64,000 nucleotides of DNA from Diplonema japonicum (Eukaryota; Protista; Euglenozoa: Diplonemea), in assembly GCA_964019335.1 (NCBI GenBank), contig OZ025665.1, positions 248,001 to 312,000 on the forward strand, read 5' to 3'. Of this stretch, positions 23,463 through 33,200 are shown one piece after another. Below the pieces are notes generated by a model. The model worked only from the letters and a program-made list of their open reading frames with translations, did not search any database and had not been told where the DNA came from. The number at the start of each line of letters is the position of its first letter. Position 1 is the stretch's first letter. The position numbers were made by a program, and so were the translations under genes.

Positions 23463-23466
23463 AAAA

Positions 23467-23538
23467 TTCCGGCACGGGGAATTGAACCCCGGTCTCCTGG
23501 GTGAGAGCCAGGTGTTCTAACCACTATACTATGCCGGA
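23467..23538 (-). tRNA. tRNA-Glu(CTC)
   Basis: Minus strand TCCGGCATAGTATAGTGGTTAGAACACCTGGCTCTCACCCAGGAGACCGGGGTTCAATTCCCCGTGCCGGAA, followed by T6. Confidence 0.95.
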
Positions 23539-23542
23539 TTGA

Positions 23543-24637
23543 TTTTTTTTTTTTTTTTTTTCAAAATACCAATGCAGGGCCGCCATGGAGAGCAACACCT
23601 GAGAAAAGGGGAAAAAAAAAGGTGAAGGGAAACCATGGGGAAATAGGGAGGGCAAAGGACCAGGCTTCTGCAAGCAGGAGGAGCCCTGGTCCCCCACCAA
23701 CCCGTGCTCTGCTTTGGGACAGCCGAAGAGGGCTGAATTACATTATTCCCTCAGTCAAGTGAGAGAAAAACGGGGGCCTACCTTCCAGCTGGATGTCCTT
23801 CTTTGGCTGGAACCTCCGGCGGAAAGCCCCCCAGGGAGGTATTGCTCCTATTGAGCGAATCATTGGTGAGTGTGAAAATAAAAAAAAAGGGGAAATGGGA
23901 AACAGTGAGAGGAAGGTGAAGGAAGGGAAAGGAAGGGAAAGGAAAGTGGAAAACACAACATTTCACTTTACACACACGCGGGCGATCCCTTAGCGCAGCA
24001 CGGGGGCCGCGGGACCGGCGTCAAGAGAGACCGGAGGAGGGGGCGGCACGTTTGAAGGTGCAGTGACGTCTGTAGACGCCAGGGATGATGGCGAGGTGAA
24101 CAGTCCGGAGCGTGACCAGGCGAGCAGGCCAGACTCAACAATGAGGTCGTAGATCTGGGTCACGCGTCTCGACAGGGAGAACGCTAGGGAGGGAGTACCA
24201 GCAGGAGTGTCGATCGCCCCCCTCCCGATCACAGGGCACCCACCGACAACATGCTCCCTGGACATCGGTGCTGCGTGGCAGGCTGGGCACCGGAGCACAC
24301 CCTTGTGCTTCCTGTTCGGGCCAGCAGTCTGCAGGAAGCCGAAGAAGAGAGCCGAGTGACCAATCCGCAGCCGCGAGATGACCGTTTCAGCTTGTCTGGG
24401 GAAGCCAAGGGGGAAGTGCGCGGACCGAAGCTCGGTCGCCACCGCGTAGTTGTGGGCGAGGGATGTTATGAGCTCCGCGGACCTCCGCACCACCCACCGT
24501 CGCACCAGGGCCCTCACTGATCGGTAGTCAAGGGAGGGCCTGTCCTGCTTCCGCTTCGTTCCCTCCACGGCCAGAGCGTCAGCCTTCTCGTTCCCGTCCA
24601 CCCCACAGTGGGAGGGCACAAACTGGAGGACCACCGG
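23543..24637 (-). mobile_element. 5'-truncated family A element with poly(A) tail, 4 nt upstream of tRNA-Glu
   Basis: ORF 23990..24634 and the 3' UTR match 58468-59528. TSD (A)nTCAATCCGG at 23534-23545 and 24634-24645. Confidence 0.92.
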
Positions 24638-25179
24638 ATTGATTTTTTTTTTTAAATAATAATAATAATAAATGAACCACTGACGTGCGAAGCAAAGGCT
24701 GGGGGGGGGGACAGAACAGGTGGACCAAGGGTCTCCCTGTATCTAACGAAAGGGGGAAAGGAATGTGATAACCTTGAAACTTCCGCTAAACTATCCATAC
24801 GTACCGAGGACGGAGGTGGGGCCGGTTCGTGGGCTCCAGTGTTCGCGACTTCGCCCACCTCCGTGACCCCGGCAGCTCTCCAGCCCGCTTCCCAAGCCAG
24901 CACCCTTCGGGCGAACCTCCGGGTTTTTGAGGAGTGGGGTACCTCGTCCGTGCTCGCCCTCACGAGCGGCACACTGGCACGGAGGCATCCCCTTCAGCCA
25001 GCTTTGTTGGGCGGCGGAGCCTTAGAAAATTCAAAACAAAGGGAAATGATACGGGGGGATGTGTGAAGGGGCGGGGAAAGGTGAAGACAGAAGTTGGGGT
25101 GCACGACAGGGTAATAATGGGAAACACAGGGGGAGGGGGAGAGGGTTCACTAGTACTTTTTGGTTCACTTTTTTCTGTT

Positions 25180-25210
<31 letters not shown>

Positions 25211-25255
25211 CTACGTCCTGCGATTGCGGTCAGCGGCTCGGCGGTCGTGAGAGTC

Positions 25256-28200
25256 TCAGATGAGGTCCATCCTCTTCAGGTAGGAGGCGGTTTCACTCAC
25301 CCTCATTGTGAGCATCTCCTTCGTGGTCGTGGGGATGTCATCCCCGAAGATCTCTTCGCGGACCTTGTCTCCAGCTGGGCACCCGATCAGCAGATGGTGT
25401 CTGTCCTGGATCGAATGGCACGAGAGGCAACGTATGTCATTCTGGACGGGTTTCGACAGGAAACCGCAAGTCAGGTGGCTCCTGCCCGTTCGCAGTCTCG
25501 TTATCTGTACCTCATCGTGTCTGCAGGACAGTTCCTTCAAGGGGAGGTACCTCGCGCCGATCTCCTCTCGGTACTTCTTGTCCCGACCCGTCTTCTCCCA
25601 CGAGGCTGCCCAGTCGCGGTTCACCGACCTCTTGATGAGGCTCTTTGTGGTCATCAGGTCCGTCGGTCCGTCCGGTGTCGACTCCTTTGCGGCGCGTTTG
25701 GCGTGTCGGTCGGCTTGCTCGTTACCTGGTAGGCCGCAGTGTCCGGGAACGTACTGGATGATGGTGGAGAGGCCTTGGCGGTCAAGCGCGTCCAGCCATT
25801 TCCAAGCCAGCAGTTCCTCCTTCTGCCTCATCTCTCTGTGGCCCTGCATCAGTCTTCTGATCACCGACTGGGAGTCCGAGCACAGCAGCACTACTCCGGT
25901 CGTCACACCTTGTCTCCGGGTATGGTACAGTGTCAATTGCAGCCCCAGGTTCAGCGCTTTCAGTTCGCATCGGTAGGCCGAAGTCACTGCTCCTCCGCTC
26001 TTGCGTGCCTGCTTCGGTGTGTCAGACCCGATCCTTATCACAGCTGCCGAACCGCCGTTCCTGTGTCCGGTGACTGACCCGTCGGTGTAGACGATCACAT
26101 CTGGGATGCCGTGCCTCCTGATCGATTCGAAGGCCGCTCGGAGTTTGAGACTTTTTTCGTCCTTCTTGTGTACCTTGCGGACTAGGTCGGGGTGGAACAG
26201 GACTTTGGGATGGACCCATGGAGGGAGCTGCAGGTCTGCGCTCTGAGTGACTGAGTGGTGTGGTAGGTCTTCGCGTTCCGGCATCCCGTGACTCTTCGCC
26301 AAGTCGAGCGCGGTGTTTCGCCAGCTTTTCCCGTACCACATCTGACCCCCGGATATCTTTGTTGCCTTCTCCGCTGTTGTCCCCGGTTGACGCTGTGCCT
26401 TCTCGTAGAGCACCAGGGTGTCGTGTTCCAGCAAGGATTCAATCTCCCAGATGCCCGCCTCTGACCTGGTCACCGTCGCGGAAGTCTTGTCGAAGCATCC
26501 CGTTATCAACCTCGCTGCTGTGTATTGTAGCGAGTCGAACTCGGCCAGAGCAGCATGTCCCACGAAGTTGCCGTAAGCACCGAGACAGTAGCGCAGAACC
26601 GGTTGGACGTACGTCAGGTACAGCGTCCTTAGGGTGTGCTTGCGGCAGCCCCACCTTGTTCCGGCGAGTTTGCGCAGCAGGCGAAGACGGCTGTTGATCT
26701 TTCCCTTCACCTTCTGCACATGCTCGTGGAAGTTCATGCTTTCGTCGAAGGTGACGCCAAGATATTTAGCCTCGCGTACCACCTTGACTTTCGCCCCACT
26801 CGAGGGGAAGCGGGCGTTGATGAGGTTTGCGAGACTGTCGTGCGAGTTCCAGAACTGTCCCTCTACCGGCATGAACTCTGTCTTTTCCTGGGACAGTTTC
26901 ATCGAGAACGTCTCGCACCATCGCTCCGTGAGGCTCACCGCGCGTTGCACCTTCTTGTTCAGCTCGGCAGGACTCCCCGCCTCCAGCACTATCGCTATGT
27001 CGTCTGCGTACACTACCGCGTCGATTCCAGCCTTCCTGTACAACCTGGCCAGGTCGTTGACGTAGATGGAAAAGAGCTGCGGGGCCAGGATGGTGCCTTG
27101 GGGTACGCCCCCTGTCATTGTCTTCACGCAGCCGTGTTCCCCGTTCACACAGACGGAGGCTTTACGTTGGTCGAGGAAAGAGGTGATCCATTTCACGAGC
27201 TTGGGAGGGTATCCGTCGCCTATCAGCTTTGCGATCACTCCCTTGTGCCAGACTGTGTCGAAGGCTCCTTTGAAGTCGAACAGCAGGAGACCCCCCAGAC
27301 CTTGGCTCAGTCTGACACTTTTGAGCTTTGAGGCGGCGTACAGCACGTTTTCCTCCGTGGACCTCCCTTTCCGGAAACCCGCCTGCGATGTGTGCAATTG
27401 CCTTACCCGTCCTGTGTCCTGCAGGAAGCACATCCTGTCCTTGACTATTCGCTCCAACGTCTTCACGATGTTTGACGTCAGCGCGATCGGCCTGTACGAG
27501 GCGGGTTCGGATTGGTCTTTGCCCTTTTTCATGAGGGGGATGATGGAAGACCGCCTCCATTCGGCAGGGACGACACCGGTCTGGAGGGATGAGTTGTAGA
27601 GGAGGAGTTGAACTTCCCTGGCCACCGGTCCCAGGTACTTCAGCATTTCGTTGTAGATGCCGTCTGGGCCCGGAGCCTTGCCCTTCTTCAGCCTTCGCAG
27701 CACCGAGTCCAGCTCGTCCTTCGTTACCAGGGGGAAGTCGTTGTCTGTCCCGGGCTTCGCGTCCTTCTTGATGGTGGTGATCACTTCCTCCGACTTGGCA
27801 GTCGTCCTTGGGGAGCAGGCCCTCGCGTAGTGTTCGACGAGTACACTGGCCTTCTCCCTGTCGGTGGTGGCGATACCGTTTCCTCGTCGGAGCGGGGCTA
27901 TTGGTGGCTTCTCGCTGCGACCGTCGAATCTGCGGATGACCGAGAAGGCTTGCGTCAGGTTTCCGTCCTTGGACAACTTCTTGGTGTAGTCGCCCCAGGC
28001 AGCCTGCTTCCCGCTCGTTATCGCCCTGTCCAGCTCAGCCTCCATCGCCGCTAGACGTGCCAGGTCTTCGTCGTTCCCGTCGTGATCCTCGGACAACAGC
28101 TTCGCCTTCAGTGTGCTTCGTCGCCTTGCGAGTGCGTCAATCTCGTCGTTCCACCAAACCTTCCCTTTCTTCTGTCCTTTCCTGGGGACGCACGATTCGG

Positions 28201-29581
28201 TTGCCGATAGAAGAAGTGTGCGAAACTCAGCGTTTAGCCTTATCGGGTCTCTGGCCCTGAGCAGCCTGCTGCACTTTTCTTCCATCGTCTCCCTGTACGC
28301 GCTCCTTGCCTCCTTCCCCCAAGAGTAGAGTACTCTTCTGGTCGGTTGGCTGACTCCCCCTCTCAGACTGAAGAACATCGGAACGTGGTCTGAGCCCATT
28401 GCTGGCAACGTCCTCCAAGAAGATTTGTCGAACTCTGCGCCGCTCATTACCATGTCCGGAGAGGTTGGGTTTCCTGACGGGTTCAGGATCGTGGCTTCGC
28501 TGCTCTTGTTCCATGTGCTGTAGCCCCATCGCAGCATCCAGCTGTGCAGTATTTCTCCCAGCTTATTCGGTGTGCCCCTTTTGTCCCACATCGTGTGGTG
28601 GGCGTTCATGTCACCGGCGATGATGGTGTAACTGTCATGAGGCAGCTCTGCCGGGCGGAAATATTTCTCGGGGGGTGGTCTGTCGTCGCCGTCTCTACCC
28701 GTTGTCGGAGGCAGGTACAGGTTGACGAGTCTGTACGGCTTCCGGTTGGGCATCGAGATCTCTACGTCGAGTCTTTCCGTCACGTCGCTGGGTTTCTGAA
28801 GAACTTCGATCTGTTTCGACGGTATCGATTCTCTGACCAGTGTGACGAGACCCCCTCCGCTGATTTGCTTTCCTCTTTTCACCGGTCGTGTTCGGTCTCG
28901 GCGGTATGCCTTGAACCCAGTGAAGACTCCGGTTATATCTTTCGACGGCCTCAGGAAAGTCTCTTGGAGTAGGAGCACGTCGATGTTGTGTGTCTCAATG
29001 CCCTTCAGCAGCTGCGCTGTGGTGCTCACCGTTAGGGATCTGACATTGAGAGACAGTACGTTGATGTTGTTGGGTGGTGGTGTTGTGTTGGAGTGTGCCT
29101 GTGAGAGAGAGGAAGTAGAGGGGACGGGAGGGAGAGAGTGTTCAACTCTTGTTGTCTTTTCGGTGGTTGGACCGGGGTTCGCTTCTATGTCCCCGCAGCT
29201 CAGTAAGTGTTTTCCGTGCGGACCGCTGGCTGCGGGATTTCTGCGAATGTGAAGATTGCCTGTGTGGTCACCCCTAGGTCCAGGCCTTTGGATACTGGGT
29301 AATACTTCGTCACCGGTGACGGGAGTTTGTGAGTGCTTGTTTGGGGAGGAATTGTGCGTGGAGAGAGGGAAAGATGAGGGATGGTGATGTGGTGATGATG
29401 TGCTGCCTTTGCGGTCACCCCAGCTTCCAGGGCTTGAGAGGCTGGGTAGTACTTCATCTTCGTTTAGATGGGGTGTAGTGTTGGGGGTTTGGGAGTAGGG
29501 ACAGGGAGTGAGAGACGGTGTGGGAAAGGGGGTGAAAGGGGTGTTGAATGAGATTGCACGGCCCTTAGTACTGGCCTTCAA
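25256..29581 (-). CDS. Family B ORF2: 2A peptide + APE endonuclease + reverse transcriptase + RNase H + CCHC
   Basis: LLSCGDIEANPGP; SLNVRS, LQET, GDMNAH, GSDH (APE); QAGFR, DFKGAFD, GVPQG, YADD, YLG (RT); YTDGS, SDSQS, GNEQAD (RNase H); CLSC..H..C. No AUG precedes the 2A. Confidence 0.95.
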   Translation of the reverse strand: MKASTKGRAISFNTPFTPFPTPSLTPCPYSQTPNTTPHLNEDEVLPSLSSPGSWGDRKGSTSSPHHHPSSFPLSTHNSSPNKHSQTPVTGDEVLPSIQRPGPRGDHTGNLHIRRNPAASGPHGKHLLSCGDIEANPGPTTEKTTRVEHSLPPVPSTSSLSQAHSNTTPPPNNINVLSLNVRSLTVSTTAQLLKGIETHNIDVLLLQETFLRPSKDITGVFTGFKAYRRDRTRPVKRGKQISGGGLVTLVRESIPSKQIEVLQKPSDVTERLDVEISMPNRKPYRLVNLYLPPTTGRDGDDRPPPEKYFRPAELPHDSYTIIAGDMNAHHTMWDKRGTPNKLGEILHSWMLRWGYSTWNKSSEATILNPSGNPTSPDMVMSGAEFDKSSWRTLPAMGSDHVPMFFSLRGGVSQPTRRVLYSWGKEARSAYRETMEEKCSRLLRARDPIRLNAEFRTLLLSATESCVPRKGQKKGKVWWNDEIDALARRRSTLKAKLLSEDHDGNDEDLARLAAMEAELDRAITSGKQAAWGDYTKKLSKDGNLTQAFSVIRRFDGRSEKPPIAPLRRGNGIATTDREKASVLVEHYARACSPRTTAKSEEVITTIKKDAKPGTDNDFPLVTKDELDSVLRRLKKGKAPGPDGIYNEMLKYLGPVAREVQLLLYNSSLQTGVVPAEWRRSSIIPLMKKGKDQSEPASYRPIALTSNIVKTLERIVKDRMCFLQDTGRVRQLHTSQAGFRKGRSTEENVLYAASKLKSVRLSQGLGGLLLFDFKGAFDTVWHKGVIAKLIGDGYPPKLVKWITSFLDQRKASVCVNGEHGCVKTMTGGVPQGTILAPQLFSIYVNDLARLYRKAGIDAVVYADDIAIVLEAGSPAELNKKVQRAVSLTERWCETFSMKLSQEKTEFMPVEGQFWNSHDSLANLINARFPSSGAKVKVVREAKYLGVTFDESMNFHEHVQKVKGKINSRLRLLRKLAGTRWGCRKHTLRTLYLTYVQPVLRYCLGAYGNFVGHAALAEFDSLQYTAARLITGCFDKTSATVTRSEAGIWEIESLLEHDTLVLYEKAQRQPGTTAEKATKISGGQMWYGKSWRNTALDLAKSHGMPEREDLPHHSVTQSADLQLPPWVHPKVLFHPDLVRKVHKKDEKSLKLRAAFESIRRHGIPDVIVYTDGSVTGHRNGGSAAVIRIGSDTPKQARKSGGAVTSAYRCELKALNLGLQLTLYHTRRQGVTTGVVLLCSDSQSVIRRLMQGHREMRQKEELLAWKWLDALDRQGLSTIIQYVPGHCGLPGNEQADRHAKRAAKESTPDGPTDLMTTKSLIKRSVNRDWAASWEKTGRDKKYREEIGARYLPLKELSCRHDEVQITRLRTGRSHLTCGFLSKPVQNDIRCLSCHSIQDRHHLLIGCPAGDKVREEIFGDDIPTTTKEMLTMRVSETASYLKRMDLI

Positions 29582-30275
29582 CCTTCCTTTTTACGGGAGG
29601 GTTCACCTTGTGCAGGGGCGTTGTCTGCGAGGGGGTGGTGTGTAGGGTTGTCTGCCTTGTTGTGGCAACTCCTACGAGCCTTTCGGCTGGTGGGGGGGTG
29701 TCGTAGCATAAAGGTGCTACGGTACCCTTTCTCTCCGGTGTCGCAGCGTGCCTGGGGCAGTCTGGGGTGTCAGTCCCCTCGTCAGCGCCATCGGTGGACG
29801 GCACGTGTCCCCTCTGTTCTGGGGACCCGTCTGCCTCCTCGGAGGTTCCTGGTGGGGGGGCTCCTGTAGTCAAGTGGATGAGTAATCTGTTCATCCCTTG
29901 CTTCAGCTCCTCCACCGACCGCTCCGTCCTCTCCGATGACGCCTTCAAGGAAGAAATCTCCCCCCTCAGGCCACCAAGCTCGCCCTCCACCAGGCCCACC
30001 CTCCTGTTCAGCTCCTCAGTCCTCTCGTCCGTACGCACCCCTCTCATCTCCACCTCTTCCACCTTCCTCTCGCACGCCTTCTCCCACAGCCCGGCCTGTT
30101 CCCTCGCCTGCTCCAACTCGGCAATCCGCCTGTCCATGGCTTCCCTCCAGCCCCAGTCGTCCTCCATCCCGCCTCCCTCTTCCTTCTCGGCGCTCTCCAG
30201 CGCCTGGATCCTCGCCTCCAGCTTCTCCTCTCTTTCCCTGGCCTCGGCCTTCCTTTTTGCGGCTTTGGCCCCATT
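29565..30275 (-). CDS. Family B ORF1 (coiled-coil, partial)
   Basis: E/R/K-rich heptads (REEKLEARIQALE...VEELKQGMNRL). The called ORF beyond 30275 runs into the upstream element's (TTA)n tail. Confidence 0.7.
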   Translation of the reverse strand, partial: NGAKAAKRKAEAREREEKLEARIQALESAEKEEGGGMEDDWGWREAMDRRIAELEQAREQAGLWEKACERKVEEVEMRGVRTDERTEELNRRVGLVEGELGGLRGEISSLKASSERTERSVEELKQGMNRLLIHLTTGAPPPGTSEEADGSPEQRGHVPSTDGADEGTDTPDCPRHAATPERKGTVAPLCYDTPPPAERLVGVATTRQTTLHTTPSQTTPLHKVNPPVKRKVEGQY

Positions 30276-30276
30276 T

Positions 30277-33200
30277 AATAATAATAATAATAAATATTCC
30301 ACTACAAGGCGGGAGGATCGAAGGGGAGTAGAGAAAACCAAAGGGAATGGGACATCACTTCAAACCAAGAGAGGTGTTTGAAAGTGATTCGTGAAAAGCA
30401 GTCTCTGTTACTGAGCCATTGGTCGAGGGGTCCTGGTCCGCTGCTCCCTGTTGTAAATTACTTGGACCCCCTCACCACGCTCTTTTCATAATAAAATAAA
30501 ACCGATCCCACCCACCAGGCAGCACCTGGGTCTCGAGGCATTAGCCGCCTCTAGTAACAAGAGACGACCTCCCAGATTTTAAGAACTTTGGAGGAGTTTC
30601 AATTGTGAAAATTAACCAGCTGACTGTGAAACTCCACCGTCTGCTGGACTTGTTGGGCTTTCGGGAGCCAATAAATTCAATTCAATTAAGTTTCGTTCTA
30701 CAGTTTTTTTTTTTTTTTTTTTTTTTATATATATTCTTCTTTTTTTTTTTTTTTCTTTTTTTTTTTTTTTTCTCAAAAATAAAGGAATTCAAATCAAGCT
30801 CGATCGTGTACACCGAAGCTTGAATCATCTGTCCTTCTTTTTTTCTTTTTTTTTTTTCTTTTTTCTTTCTATATGAAAGGTGAGTGAAAATTTTGAATAA
30901 CACTGGGGGCGGGGGTCAGGGGCCTGGTAATGGAAAATAAGGGAAGACACTGGGGAGGGAGGTGAAAAGAAAGGATAGGAGTGAAGCCAGAGTCGAGAGA
31001 TTGAGTTAGAAACAATTGCTGTCTGAAGTCGTATAACAACAGTACAGCTTCAAACTCAGGATAATTTGAGAGAAAAGTATATAAGTAAAGTTTAGTTTAT
31101 AATATAATTTATAAAGGGGGATTATATCTCACGGTCGGTCACAACAGGCCCTGCTGTTCCAGGAATTGTACGGTTTTCCCGGCGTCAGTTGTCAGTAGGG
31201 CCTTGAGCGAAGGAAGGGAGGAACCGAAGATCTGACTTCTCTGGTCAGCTCTACCATCGTCCTGGCATTCTTTCAGGAGGTGGCTCAGCGTCTGAGGCAT
31301 CGAACAAAGGTGGCATGTGACCACATCGGCCGGGGGATTGAGTAGATACCCGCTTATGAGGGGGCTCTTCCCCACTCTCAGCCTCATGATCGCAACTTCT
31401 TGTTCCCTGTTTAGCTCTTCAAACTTCTCGAAATTCCCTGCGAAAAGCTCTCGGTATGTCTCCTTGACACCCGTTTTTTTCCAGAAGAGGAGGTGGCTCG
31501 CCAGTACCTTTTTTCTCACCAGTGACTTCACGATGTCTATGCTGGTCTTCTGTTCGTGGGCAACTGCCCGGCAGGTCTCCTTCGCCTTCTTGTCCGCCAT
31601 CTCGTTCCATTTGAATCCGCAGTGACTTGGTACGTACTGTATGACCACTTTGTGGCCTCTCTTTACAAGTCCCGCTACCTCGTGCCACAGTTTGTACTCG
31701 TCTGCAGAGACAGCGGACAGGTGCCCCTGGCACATCCTCCTTATTACCGACTGCGAATCAGTGCAAATAAGGACCATCTCTTGGCTCGTGCCCACTCTCT
31801 TCGAGAGGTTTGTCGCGAGGTGCAGCCCCAGCTCTATGGCCCTTTGCTCGCACCTGTAGGATGACGTATAGGATCCACCGCTGACCCCATACGAAGCTTT
31901 TCTCTCCCCTCGCAACAGTATCGCAGCAGCTCCTCCGTTCCTGCCGTCCTTCAATGACCCGTCTGTGAAGATCATGCAGAAGGCTTTTCCGTGCTTCTCG
32001 ATAAGCCGGTTCAGAGTGTCCTCTGTTGCTTTCCTTCTGACTTCACTGGTGTCCGATCTCTTCACATGTATGTCGAGGAAGGGGGCCAGTATCAGTTTAC
32101 CCTCGAATCTCTGCCAAGGTGTAACTCTGTACTTCTTCTCAAAGGCATAACCTGAGAATGGTGTTGCCGCTCTCTCTGGGAGCTTGTAGGCCCTGGCTGC
32201 TTCCCTTTGTCGATCTGACCATGTTTTCTTCGGGAACAGTACCTCGTATCTGGTCAGATCCTTCAGGGGTTGTGTAGCTTGAAAGGCAGCTGTGTTCTCC
32301 TTCCTAATGATGGACTCATACAGCAGTAAACTGTCGTGTTCGATCAGCGCATCGAGTGTCCACAAGCCAGCCTCGTTTAGTGTAGCGAATGTCTCTGATG
32401 TCGCTACACATCCTGTGATCGTTAAAGCTGCCCGGTACTGCAGCTTCTGGATTCCTTCGTGGTACGTGCCCCTCCCGCCTATCACGAAAGGTCCGTACGC
32501 CCCCAGACAGTAACGGAAAACTGGCTGTACGTACGTGAGGTAGAGTGCCCTCATTACCACTTTCTTGCAACCCCACTTCGTCCCTGCCAGTCTTCTCAGT
32601 AGCCTGACTCTGCTTTCCGCCCTTCTCAAGACGTCTGCCGTATGTGCGGCGAAAAACATGTCTTCCTCAAACGTGACTCCGAGCAGCTTTGTTTTTTCAA
32701 CTACCCTGAGCTCTTCCCCCCCCGCAAAGGTTGCCGATATCTTCCCTTTTAGGGTCCTTTGGGGATATGAGATGCCCGCTACTGGCAAGAACTCTGTCTT
32801 GTCTTTTGATATCACCATCGAGTTCCAGGAACACCAAGTCTCCACGATCCTCAGGACCCTCGACAGCTTCTCGTTCAGTTTCTCAACATCTTTCTCATGA
32901 ACCACCACCGCGATGTCGTCTGCGTACATCACAGCGTCAATTCCCTCCTTTGCGAAAATCGCTGACAGGTCGTCCATATATAATGAGAAGAGGGTCGGAG
33001 CCAGGATCGTCCCCTGTGGAACCCCTCCTTTTATCTGCCTTTGTTTCCCTATCTTGCCGTCCACCTTGACGGCTGCAACCCTTTGGTCCAGGAAGGCAGC
33101 GACCCAGTTCGTTATCCTCTGCGGGTACTTGCTGTATCTCAGCTTTGCGTTCAGGCCTTTATGCCAGACTGTATCAAAAGCCCCTTTCAGGTCAAAGAGC

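Larger units (their letters stand above)
24643..30275 (-). mobile_element. Family B non-LTR retrotransposon, intact ORF2, probably 5'-truncated in ORF1
   Basis: Coiled-coil ORF1, 2A-APE-RT-RNaseH-CCHC ORF2, ~600-nt 3' UTR and a (TTA)n/A tail. Confidence 0.93.

Noticed and set aside
21443-25959. 1.3-kb inverted repeat (and 41920-45217 vs 56246-59528) as transposon TIRs
   Set aside because: Explained by near-identical LINE copies inserted upstream of oppositely oriented tRNA genes.
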